A DNA stretch of 63,776 nt from Thermotogaceae bacterium (GTDB taxonomy: Bacteria > Thermotogota > Thermotogae > MWEM01): assembly GCA_030445775.1 (NCBI GenBank), contig JASUTC010000002.1, positions 1 through 63,776 of the forward strand, given 5' to 3'. The notes under the pieces were generated by a model. The model did no database searches. It was not told the DNA's origin and saw only the letters and a list, made by a program, of their open reading frames with translations. Positions 27,524 to 36,449 of this stretch are shown here, in pieces (the stretch's first letter is position 1; every line of letters starts with the position of its first letter). A program made the position numbers and the translations under genes.

Positions 27524-30385
27524 TTGAATTTCCTAAAAAAATTCTTTGACAGAATAAAGGCGTTTCCAAAAGTTTTCAAAGGGTTAAGCTTAAGAAAGAT
27601 CATTGATTACTTTAAATCACATCGATTACTTGCTATCATATATTTGGCAATAGTGGTTGCTGTCATTATCATCCTGTTTTTATTAATCAATTACTTCCAA
27701 AATCAACAAACTGAAATTGCAGTCTCAAAGACTGATGAAAAGTCTGCTACTGCAGATGTACAAGATTTATCATTAACCATACCAGAAAATGCTTATCCGT
27801 ATCCAAAAAGTTTTACAATTAATAAAATCCCAAGAGATGCGGCATACAATCAATATAAGCAACTTGGAAATTTCTATGGAGATATTTATGAATTAAGCCC
27901 AAATGATGGTAGGAATGATTTAGCATTAGAGCCAATGACCTATACTTATAGGATTCCAAATGAATTTTATTTCGGTGATGAGTATTTTAATTTTGAATTA
28001 TTGTATATCGAAAATAAAGAAAATCCCGTTGTAAAGGTTTTTTCCGGCGGAGAGATAATCCAAACTGAAAATAATCGCCCAATATTAAGAGCAAAGGGTT
28101 TTCATGGTTCATTAGTAGGGCTTAGGGTTAATAATCCTGTTAAACAGTCATTAGGTTTAAAAAAGATAATTGAAAAACCCGACAATCTTAAACCGGATCT
28201 TTTGCTTGTTCCCGGTATTGACATCAATTTTCAAGGGTTTTTGCCAAATACCATCAGTAATACAAACCCTCAAGGAAATAATCTATGGGAAGTAACATTT
28301 GAAGACAGAAGTATATGGGTTTACGATTATCCACTAACAGAAACTCGAAGTGCAAATTATGTTAGAGAAGCCAAAAACTTCTTTACCGATATTTCTAAGA
28401 CAAGCTATATAAGATTGGAAGCAGAAAAACTTGCAAACAGCTTACTTGAAAGCGAACAAGAGTATGACATCATTGCCCACGGAATTGGTGGAATCATCGC
28501 CAGATATGCCGTAGAAAATTATCCGATTACCAATATCAGAAAAATCGTTTTAATCTCTGTTCCCAACACCGGTACAAATATCGTTAACCCTTCTTTTCTC
28601 AATCTTTTATACGGAAAAGACACGCAGGTACTTTCTCAGATTTACGGTCTTGATGCAGATACCATCAGGTATTTAACAAGAAACAACATGGGGTATTTAG
28701 AAAATGTCAACGTTTTTTACACTGACATTTTACCCTTCGCCGAAGTTATAAAAACCCTTGAAAATTCATTAAGAAAAGATATCTCCTATTTCTTCATTGG
28801 TGGTAACCAACCTGATTTTGATGCGGAGTTGGAAGACTCTCAATTTGCAAAGTTTTATCCGGAAAATACCTTCGGAAAAGGTGATGGCATAGTATCAGTT
28901 TACAGTGCCATTTACCCGTCCTTAGAAGAAGCGGAAAATGAAAAAGATAATGTATTATCAAAAATTGTTCCTTATTCTTTTTATGACATTTTTCTTCAAC
29001 AACAAACCCTTCAACTTATCCGTTCCTACTTAGAAGAAGGCATAGAAGTTGTTGAAGTTCCGGACTATCAAGATGATACTTTTAGAGAATGGATGTTTGA
29101 TAATTCTGATTCAACTAAAACAAATTCAATTGGAGAACATGAAAATGATTTATTTGCCAGCACCATCACACTTAATCCTGCGACAGTAATTCAAGAAGAA
29201 CCTGAAAAAGTCCCAAATAATCTTCCCACACAAACAGATAATGTTCAAGACCTTGATGATTGGAAAAAAGAAACCTCACCAAAAGAGGCTGAAAAAGATG
29301 AGTCAGCGGGAACGCAGACCACGGAAAATAACATAGAAAAAAAAGAAACCAACGGTCAAACTGAGAATACCTCAAATAGCAAAATCGAGAATAATAATCT
29401 TGAAAAAACAATTTCCATTATTGAATCCATCAAGACTTCAAAAGATTCAGAGCCTATTCAGTATGATAATGACGCAGTAAATGGTTCAAATCAAATGGAA
29501 ATCTTCACACCAAAGTCCTCAAAATGGAATACCAATTTATTTCCGGACACATTTGTTAATATACAAAACATGATCATTTATAATTTAACAAGACACAAAT
29601 TTCCATTTGATTCTTCTCCATACGGAATAGAAACTGTGGGTGATTTAGTTTATATCTTTGACAACCTTGGAATAACACTCTTTAAAAACGGGACGTTTGA
29701 ACGAATAAGCGACGGAAGAGTCAACGCTTTTTTCTCAGACTCCAGAAAACTGTACGTAGTTCAAGATAACATATTAACAGAATACTCAAATGGTGAACCT
29801 TCAAAAATGAGTTATTTAATGTTTGAGGCTCCTATATTATCATTCGCCGTTACTGACTCTCATCAGTATTATCTACTCTCTCAAAACGGTCTGACCTTTG
29901 AAACACCTTCAAAAAGTTTTAAACTCAACGGTCATTACGGACAAATTCTATTATATGGCGTTTACCCCTATATTATTACTGATGCTGGAGTTTACCTATT
30001 TAACGGTAAAGATTGTGAATTGGTATACGAACCATACAATAAGGATATCCAACTTGAATCAGGAATCATAAATAACGATTCTCTTTATCTTTTAGCCTCG
30101 GATTATTCATTAAGAGCAATAAGCCTTGACGGGGAAAAAATACTGCTTGATACAGTCCATAATACCGGAGGAATTAAAATCCTCAAAACCCCTGAAAAAA
30201 TTATTGTTGCAGGAAGGAATAAATTTAATATCATCGATTATTCATATAAAAAGCCCGAAGGTACTTTCTTTGAAATTCCTTCTACAGACAAGGTCCTTGA
30301 TGTCAGCATCTTTGAAGGTCATTTGCTTGTATTGGTAAGAGAAGGTGATTCTACATTTTTAAAAAAAATGGCTATCATGGAATAA
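27524..30385 (+). CDS. large envelope protein: N-terminal TM helix, PGAP1/DUF676-like alpha/beta-hydrolase fold with Gly at the nucleophile position, acidic linker, C-terminal repeat (propeller-like) region
   Basis: TM helix LLAIIYLAIVVAVIIILFLLI. The hydrolase-like block is YDIIAHGIGGIIARY...LISVPNTGT, where the canonical motif is GHSMGG...PHxGS. The C-terminal ~300 aa is rich in short beta-strand repeats. Confidence 0.6.
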   Translation: MNFLKKFFDRIKAFPKVFKGLSLRKIIDYFKSHRLLAIIYLAIVVAVIIILFLLINYFQNQQTEIAVSKTDEKSATADVQDLSLTIPENAYPYPKSFTINKIPRDAAYNQYKQLGNFYGDIYELSPNDGRNDLALEPMTYTYRIPNEFYFGDEYFNFELLYIENKENPVVKVFSGGEIIQTENNRPILRAKGFHGSLVGLRVNNPVKQSLGLKKIIEKPDNLKPDLLLVPGIDINFQGFLPNTISNTNPQGNNLWEVTFEDRSIWVYDYPLTETRSANYVREAKNFFTDISKTSYIRLEAEKLANSLLESEQEYDIIAHGIGGIIARYAVENYPITNIRKIVLISVPNTGTNIVNPSFLNLLYGKDTQVLSQIYGLDADTIRYLTRNNMGYLENVNVFYTDILPFAEVIKTLENSLRKDISYFFIGGNQPDFDAELEDSQFAKFYPENTFGKGDGIVSVYSAIYPSLEEAENEKDNVLSKIVPYSFYDIFLQQQTLQLIRSYLEEGIEVVEVPDYQDDTFREWMFDNSDSTKTNSIGEHENDLFASTITLNPATVIQEEPEKVPNNLPTQTDNVQDLDDWKKETSPKEAEKDESAGTQTTENNIEKKETNGQTENTSNSKIENNNLEKTISIIESIKTSKDSEPIQYDNDAVNGSNQMEIFTPKSSKWNTNLFPDTFVNIQNMIIYNLTRHKFPFDSSPYGIETVGDLVYIFDNLGITLFKNGTFERISDGRVNAFFSDSRKLYVVQDNILTEYSNGEPSKMSYLMFEAPILSFAVTDSHQYYLLSQNGLTFETPSKSFKLNGHYGQILLYGVYPYIITDAGVYLFNGKDCELVYEPYNKDIQLESGIINNDSLYLLASDYSLRAISLDGEKILLDTVHNTGGIKILKTPEKIIVAGRNKFNIIDYSYKKPEGTFFEIPSTDKVLDVSIFEGHLLVLVREGDSTFLKKMAIME

Positions 30386-30456
30386 AAACATTCTTAATAG
30401 TAATTGTTTTCATCCTTTTCTGCCAAATTGTAATCGCAGACGATAAAGATAATGCA

Positions 30457-31641
30457 ATGTCTCTTTATTTTTCTGGGAAAGACGCCTATAATTCTGGTAA
30501 TTATGCTGCTGCTCAGCAATATTTTCAAGAAGCATTGGTAAAGGACGAAAATATTGAAGCCAAAGCACAAAACATTAAATATATGCTTGGCGTTAGTGCC
30601 TTTAACAACAAAGATTATAAAACAGCAAAAACATACTTAGTTCTTTTTCCAGATAATCCCATCGCAAATGACTTGCTGCAAAAGATTGAAGAGTTCGAGA
30701 AGACGCTTCCGGAAGACTTTCTTTACCATAATGAAAATGACGACGAAAAAGTTATAACTCCCTCTCCAACCCATTCTGTAATGTTATCAACGGAAACTGC
30801 GAAAAAAAACAATAACACAAAGCAAAGTACAACTATAATCATCATAATTACCACAATCGTTATCATGTCTGTCTCTGTTTTTTTAGAAATTAAAAAAAGC
30901 ATGTTCAGTAAAATCGCTTTAAAATTAGTAGGTGTTACATCTGATACCATTTTGATAAAAAATAACCAAGATGCAAATAACCTGGATACAAATAAAACGA
31001 AACTAACAGAGGAAGTTGAGGAAACCCAAGGACCAGAGTTAAATACCATGTCTCTTTTGGAAACACCGTTTGATGAAGAGATAGATATCGAAAAAATGGC
31101 ATCGAAAGATATAAAAGAGATCTCCAGATTTTTTGATGAGGTTAATGAAGAAGTTGTCTTCGTTGATAATCTTGAAACTGAATCAAGTGAAGAGATTGTA
31201 GAAAATAATGAAGAAAATAAGAAAGATGATGATTTTGAATCTGCACGAGATTCCATTTTAAATTCCATCTTAGACGATGAAGAACCCTCTGAGTTGGAAG
31301 ACCAGGAAAACCAACCTGAGAATAAAACAAAAGCAGTTAATGAAGTATCTAAAAAACCAAAATACGAACACCTTGATAATATACCGGATGATTTTAATGT
31401 AAACAGTGCAATTGATAAAGCTTTTAAATTGATAGAAGAAACCAATCGCTTACAAACACAAGAAAGTGAACAAAAAGAAACCGAGGACTTCAAGTCCATC
31501 GGGGAAATGGAAAAAGAATTGGAAGAACAGGAGAAACTTAATCTTGATTATTTTCAAGAGATGGAGGAGATTGATGATGCATCCCTCAAAAACTTTTTGG
31601 ATTATGTCTTTGAACAACATCTTGAAGTAGGTCATAAATGA
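30457..31641 (+). CDS. TPR-like / single-TM / highly acidic C-terminal protein
   Basis: N-terminal TPR-like repeats (GNYAAAQQYFQEAL, KDYKTAKTYL), TM helix TTIIIIITTIVIMSVSVFL, and a C-terminal D/E-rich region. The start is uncertain (see findings). Confidence 0.6.
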   Translation: MSLYFSGKDAYNSGNYAAAQQYFQEALVKDENIEAKAQNIKYMLGVSAFNNKDYKTAKTYLVLFPDNPIANDLLQKIEEFEKTLPEDFLYHNENDDEKVITPSPTHSVMLSTETAKKNNNTKQSTTIIIIITTIVIMSVSVFLEIKKSMFSKIALKLVGVTSDTILIKNNQDANNLDTNKTKLTEEVEETQGPELNTMSLLETPFDEEIDIEKMASKDIKEISRFFDEVNEEVVFVDNLETESSEEIVENNEENKKDDDFESARDSILNSILDDEEPSELEDQENQPENKTKAVNEVSKKPKYEHLDNIPDDFNVNSAIDKAFKLIEETNRLQTQESEQKETEDFKSIGEMEKELEEQEKLNLDYFQEMEEIDDASLKNFLDYVFEQHLEVGHK

Positions 31642-32171
31642 ACAGAATCACATCAGTAGTTATCGTACCGCTTTTTGAAAAAAATGGTGAAATAAATCTT
31701 TTGTTCACCAAAAGAAATCAAAAATTGAAACATCATGCGGGAGAAATTTCATTTCCGGGGGGGAAAGTAGAAAATGGTGAAAAATTTTTTGAAGCAGCTA
31801 AAAGAGAAACATTAGAAGAGATTAACTGCTCTGTGATCAAGACAATCGGAACTTTAAAGCCGGTTATGACACTAGTATCCGATCATTTAATATTGCCCTA
31901 TATAGCATTCATTGATACCCGCAATCTTATTCCAAATGACGTTGAAGTTGAATCCATTCATACGATTACGATAAAAAAGTTGCTTAAAACTAAAATGCAA
32001 AAAAGAAGATTTCCATATAAAAGGTTATTTATTACAACACCGGTTTGGGAATTTGATGACTTTTATGTTTGGGGTGCAACCGGAAGAATCCTTTTAGATT
32101 TTAAAAAGTGGCTAAAAAAACAGGGACGCAAATTACACGCCCCTGATTTATCCAAAAAAACTTCTTCTTAG
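31638..32171 (+). CDS. Nudix hydrolase (CoA pyrophosphatase-like)
   Basis: Nudix box GGKVENGEKFFEAAKRETLEEI. ATGA overlap with the upstream gene. Confidence 0.85.
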   Translation: MNRITSVVIVPLFEKNGEINLLFTKRNQKLKHHAGEISFPGGKVENGEKFFEAAKRETLEEINCSVIKTIGTLKPVMTLVSDHLILPYIAFIDTRNLIPNDVEVESIHTITIKKLLKTKMQKRRFPYKRLFITTPVWEFDDFYVWGATGRILLDFKKWLKKQGRKLHAPDLSKKTSS

Positions 32172-33826
32172 TTTTGTATAAATTTCAAAACTTCTACATT
32201 ATCCGGATCTAATTCGAGTATTTTCTCAGAAAATTCTTGATTTGTATCAGTTTCTCCTGTAATATTATTGATTCTGATTAAATACATATAGGCTACAACA
32301 CGATCTCTTGAATCAGCTGCTGTATTCTCAGCTATTTCTTTTAGCTTAGGGTAAGCCTGCATTAATTGTGCAATAATCTGATCTCCATAAGTAGCCATAA
32401 ACTCTTTGTTTTGTGCTACATAGAGAGCTTCTGAAATGAAAGTGTCAAAAAATTTCATTGCCATTCTTGTATCTTCAGGATTAAGAGAATAATATCTACT
32501 TAAAGCAGCAAATCCTTTATCTTCGTCCTTAGACATTTCCTTTAAATTATCAAGTCTTAAGTCTTCCAATGACTTTGACTCCTCATCTGTCAAGATGCCT
32601 TCTGTTTGACTGGAGAGTTGTATAATACTCTGTAAAGCCACTTCATAGAAAGCACGGTCATTAACAGATTCCGGTTCAAATTCCAACAGATAATTTACCA
32701 TGTTGTTGAAATCCTGAGTTTGGACAGATTGTGTATATTGCTCTCCAAACTCTTTTATTGATTCTAAGTAATCGAAGAATTTGAAAGTAATGTTATTTTC
32801 TTTCTTATATTCATCTATCCAATCCATTAAAAGATTTTGTTGGGTTTTCTCTTTAAATTGGGTGTATTCTTCCTCCATCTTACTGAAATCTTCCAATGTT
32901 CTTACTTCGGTTTTCTCAACGGGTAAAATAATGTGAAATCCGTAATCTGATTTAACCGGAGGTGTTAATTTGTTTAATTTCCCTGAAAAGGCAGCTGCTT
33001 CAAATTCAGGAACGGTACGCCCTCTTTGGACCCAACCCAGCATACCTCCATTCTCAGCTGTTCCAGGGTCCTTTGAATACTCTTTGGCAGCTTCTTCAAA
33101 CGTAATATTACCCGCTTCAATATCGGCTTTTATCTTTTCAGCTTCTTCTTTTGTTCCCACTAAAATGTGACCTGCTTTAACCCGTTCATATTCAGCGATA
33201 ATATCTGATAGATTTTCTTGATACGCTTGTTCAATTCTTTCTTGCGTGAGTGGTGCAACTGTTTCTATTACCTTTGTTCTAAGCATTTCTTCTTTTTTTA
33301 CCATTTTAACAAACTCATAAAAGTTTTCTACAGACCCATAGTTGGTGATGACCTGTTCTTTATACTCTGGTGTAGCAGTAACTTCTGCTACAATACTATT
33401 AGTTTCTTCTTCAAGCTTTAGAGCATCAACAGTAATATTATTTTTAACCGCATAAATTTCAAGCAGTTCCCCTTCAGCCTTGATTGTTGCTAAGTCAAAT
33501 TTTACGAATATTCCATCAAATACCGGATTAAAATTCTGCTGCGAAGTATAATACTGTTCGTAATTTAAATAATCAGCTTCTACATCACGCATTTGAACGC
33601 CATAACCAGTATCTTCTCCGTTTTCAAATATTTTAACGGCCATTGGAAAACTTTCATTTGACAAACTTGGTAAAGCACTCTCGGTTGGCTCCATAATTTC
33701 TTCATCTGATAAAGTACCTAATTCCATACTCGGTAAACCTACTCCTTCAGATGTTTCATTTGCATCACTAAATGCGATAAATGCCACAAACATTAATGCA
33801 ATAAATAAAGTCAAAAACTTTTTCAA
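32168..33826 (-). CDS. secreted parvulin-type peptidyl-prolyl isomerase (SurA/PrsA-like)
   Basis: Signal peptide, and a PpiC domain with KAGHILV...EYSKDPGTAENGGMLGWVQRGRTVPEFEAAAF...SDYGFHII. Confidence 0.85.
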   Translation of the reverse strand: MKKFLTLFIALMFVAFIAFSDANETSEGVGLPSMELGTLSDEEIMEPTESALPSLSNESFPMAVKIFENGEDTGYGVQMRDVEADYLNYEQYYTSQQNFNPVFDGIFVKFDLATIKAEGELLEIYAVKNNITVDALKLEEETNSIVAEVTATPEYKEQVITNYGSVENFYEFVKMVKKEEMLRTKVIETVAPLTQERIEQAYQENLSDIIAEYERVKAGHILVGTKEEAEKIKADIEAGNITFEEAAKEYSKDPGTAENGGMLGWVQRGRTVPEFEAAAFSGKLNKLTPPVKSDYGFHIILPVEKTEVRTLEDFSKMEEEYTQFKEKTQQNLLMDWIDEYKKENNITFKFFDYLESIKEFGEQYTQSVQTQDFNNMVNYLLEFEPESVNDRAFYEVALQSIIQLSSQTEGILTDEESKSLEDLRLDNLKEMSKDEDKGFAALSRYYSLNPEDTRMAMKFFDTFISEALYVAQNKEFMATYGDQIIAQLMQAYPKLKEIAENTAADSRDRVVAYMYLIRINNITGETDTNQEFSEKILELDPDNVEVLKFIQN

Positions 33827-33851
33827 AACAATTCCCTCCCAAATAAAAATA

Positions 33852-34367
33852 TTAAACTCCTATGTCTTTTAATTTCGCTACTATTATCTTGGCTCCTAAA
33901 TCTAATGCATAATCATAAAGCAAAACCACCACCTGTAAGACGAAAAAAAGTAACATATTCTGCCAAAAAGGTCCAATTAGAATTTCTGCAAAAAGATTCT
34001 CAAAGAGCTGATTTGCTATAAGAAATAACATACAAAAAACAACATTAAAATACATGACCATAACAAGCTTTTTTAATAGTGCATTTTTATGCACAATCAA
34101 ATTTCTTATCAACGAGAAACCACCAAATAAAAATAAATAAAGAACAGCAATCATTTTGTAAGGTAAAAAAATAAGCCCGAGTATGGCTGTGGGGAAAAAA
34201 ACAAAAATAGAATGTTTAATACTGTTGCGTTTAATAAAAACCTCTAAGACAAGTGCGCTTGCTGAAGCAATAAAAACTTTATTAACGGGAGAAACAGAGG
34301 CGATTAAAAGTATCACTAAACTGAGACTTGTCAATATTCCCGATTCAGCAATAAGACGGGTATTCAT
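33852..34367 (-). CDS. small polytopic membrane protein, translationally coupled to queA
   Basis: 171 aa with about 5 TM helices. ATGA overlap with the queA stop. Family not recognised. Confidence 0.6.
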   Translation of the reverse strand: MNTRLIAESGILTSLSLVILLIASVSPVNKVFIASASALVLEVFIKRNSIKHSIFVFFPTAILGLIFLPYKMIAVLYLFLFGGFSLIRNLIVHKNALLKKLVMVMYFNVVFCMLFLIANQLFENLFAEILIGPFWQNMLLFFVLQVVVLLYDYALDLGAKIIVAKLKDIGV

Positions 34368-35404
34368 AATAATAAACAGGCATCTCCAAAAGAATAAAAA
34401 CGATAATTATTTCTTATGGCTGTTTGATAAGCCGCCATAATGGTTTCTCTTCCAGAAAAAGCGGAAATCAATAATAATAGCGTACTTTTTGGAAGATGAA
34501 AATTCGTTATCATCGCATCAACTAATTTAAACTCGTAAGGTGGGTAGATATAAATATCTGTACTTCCAGAAAAACCATCTATATATTGCTCGATATTCTT
34601 TCCTATGGTCTCTAATACTCTTACACTCGTTGTCCCGACAGCAATAATCCTTCTATGATCCTTTTTTGCTTGACAAATTTGTTTAATTGAATCCGGCGAC
34701 ACATGAAATTCTTCAGAATGCATTTGATGATTTTCTATTTTTTCCTCAGAAATAGGTCTAAACGTTCCCAACCCGACATGCAAAGTAACTTTTATAATTT
34801 TTATTCCATATTCTTTTAAGGATTTTAATAAGTCTTCTGTAAAGTGTAACCCGGCAGTTGGTGCAGCTACAGCACCATGTTTATCTGAGTACACAGTTTG
34901 ATAGCGGTCGTTTTCTTCAATAGTTTCATGAATATATGGCGGTAAGGGAACATTTCCAAGAGAAAACAGACCTTCTTTTACTGTTTTGAAATGATCTGTT
35001 TTGAACGAAATTATCCTGTTCCCATTCTCTTTTGTCTCGAGACATATTCCCTTAAGCAAAGGGGTTTCATTTGTTGGAACGCAAATTTCCGTATCCTGTT
35101 TTACCCTTTTACCGGGTTTACATAATGTTTCCCAAACGTCTCTTTGTAATTCTTTAAGTAAGAAGATTTCGATATTTGCTCCGGTACTCTTTTGACCAAA
35201 TATTCTTGCGGGGATAACCCTTGTATCATTTACAACAAGAACATCTCCTGGTATTAGATAATCTTTAATATTAAAAAACCTTCTATGCTCTATTGACTTC
35301 AAAGATCGATTGATTATCATTAATTTTGAATGATCTCTGGGTTCTATCGCTTTTTGTGCGATCATTTTTTCCGGTAAATTGTAATCATATAAATGAACGT
35401 TCAA
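34364..35404 (-). CDS. queA: S-adenosylmethionine:tRNA ribosyltransferase-isomerase
   Basis: N-terminal YDYNLPEKMIAQKAIEPRDHSKLM, then VAAPTAGLHFT and GTTSVRVLE. 346 aa. Confidence 0.95.
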   Translation of the reverse strand: MNVHLYDYNLPEKMIAQKAIEPRDHSKLMIINRSLKSIEHRRFFNIKDYLIPGDVLVVNDTRVIPARIFGQKSTGANIEIFLLKELQRDVWETLCKPGKRVKQDTEICVPTNETPLLKGICLETKENGNRIISFKTDHFKTVKEGLFSLGNVPLPPYIHETIEENDRYQTVYSDKHGAVAAPTAGLHFTEDLLKSLKEYGIKIIKVTLHVGLGTFRPISEEKIENHQMHSEEFHVSPDSIKQICQAKKDHRRIIAVGTTSVRVLETIGKNIEQYIDGFSGSTDIYIYPPYEFKLVDAMITNFHLPKSTLLLLISAFSGRETIMAAYQTAIRNNYRFYSFGDACLLL

Positions 35405-35422
35405 ATTATCACCTTTTTCTTC

Positions 35423-36439
35423 TTAATCACCCATAAAAGCATAAACAAGAGCAACTGCAGATAAAGCTGCACCAGCAACGCCTATTCCTATCGCATACCA
35501 AAGTTGCATTTCTATGGAACTCATCTTCTGTTTAAGCCGATCATTTTCAATCTTAAGATAATCGTTGTCTTGTGAGATTTGGTTGAATGCTGTACTAATT
35601 CCCTCTAATTGTGAAATTCTACCATCATGATTAGCAAGCACGTTGTTTATCTCCGGGATTTGTTTTGCGTATTGAAGTGATGGCGAGGCGGCTTCCATAT
35701 CATTTCTAAACTGCTTAATTTCTTGTCCAAGAAATTCAAGGTTTTCAACACGTTTTTTTAAACCATCAATATCTCCATCTGTTTTTCGATCATAATCATG
35801 CAGTTTTTGATCTTCAGCTTCCATTTTTTTCATCCATTCATCCAAATCGCCATATATTCTTAAATATTCGATCAATCGGCTGACATTTGCTTCATTTGCT
35901 GTCAAACGACTTTCTTGTTCTTCCACCTGTGAATAAAGGTTTTCCAATTCCCTTTCAACTGCAGTTAGAAAATCGCTATATCCACTAATAAAACTCGTTT
36001 CATCTTCAAGGGTTTGTAATTGAATCAATACTTGGTCTTTCAGTTGAATTAAGCGTTGCTCCATCGCATCAAGTTCATCTCTGCTCAGCGTTACTTCCAA
36101 AATATCAAGTCGGTTTCTCAATTGGCCAAGGGACACTTTGTTTGAGGAGATATCGGACTCCATTTGAACTATTTTAGTTGAGACACCGGACATTTCCTTA
36201 AATGCCTTACTACCTAAAATGCTTTCCCTGGTTCTAAATAATGCTTCAGCAAGCTCATATCTGTTCACGGTATTGGCACCGTAAAAGTAGCCTCTGTTGT
36301 CCACATCCATTATACCTAATTCTATTATTGCCAAAACTTCTTCATAGATATCCAATTGTTTTGAAACATCTGGAGGAGCAGAATAACCGTATGAAATTAA
36401 AAGCAAAATAACAATGGTCGTTAAAAAAGCTCTTTTCAT
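35423..36439 (-). CDS. Omp-alpha-like toga anchor protein (SLH-like domain, coiled-coil rod, C-terminal TM anchor)
   Basis: Start reassigned to MKRAFLTTIVILLLISYGYS (ATG at 36439 after GGAGG). It has a signal peptide, an SLH-like segment (LAIIELGIMDVDNRGYFYGANTVNRYELAEALFRT), about 230 aa of heptad-rich sequence, and the C-terminal helix YAIGIGVAGAALSAVALVYAF. Confidence 0.65.
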   Translation of the reverse strand: MKRAFLTTIVILLLISYGYSAPPDVSKQLDIYEEVLAIIELGIMDVDNRGYFYGANTVNRYELAEALFRTRESILGSKAFKEMSGVSTKIVQMESDISSNKVSLGQLRNRLDILEVTLSRDELDAMEQRLIQLKDQVLIQLQTLEDETSFISGYSDFLTAVERELENLYSQVEEQESRLTANEANVSRLIEYLRIYGDLDEWMKKMEAEDQKLHDYDRKTDGDIDGLKKRVENLEFLGQEIKQFRNDMEAASPSLQYAKQIPEINNVLANHDGRISQLEGISTAFNQISQDNDYLKIENDRLKQKMSSIEMQLWYAIGIGVAGAALSAVALVYAFMGD

Positions 36440-36449
36440 TTTGACCTCC

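Noticed and set aside
30723-31499. 258-aa Ser/Phe-rich ORF on the minus strand (with shorter ones at 31142-31330 and 31450-31635)
   Set aside because: It is entirely antisense to the D/E/K-rich C-terminal half of the 30457-31641 gene. GAA/GAT/AAA-rich sense codons automatically give open TTC/ATC/TTT antisense frames. It has no SD and no independent signal.
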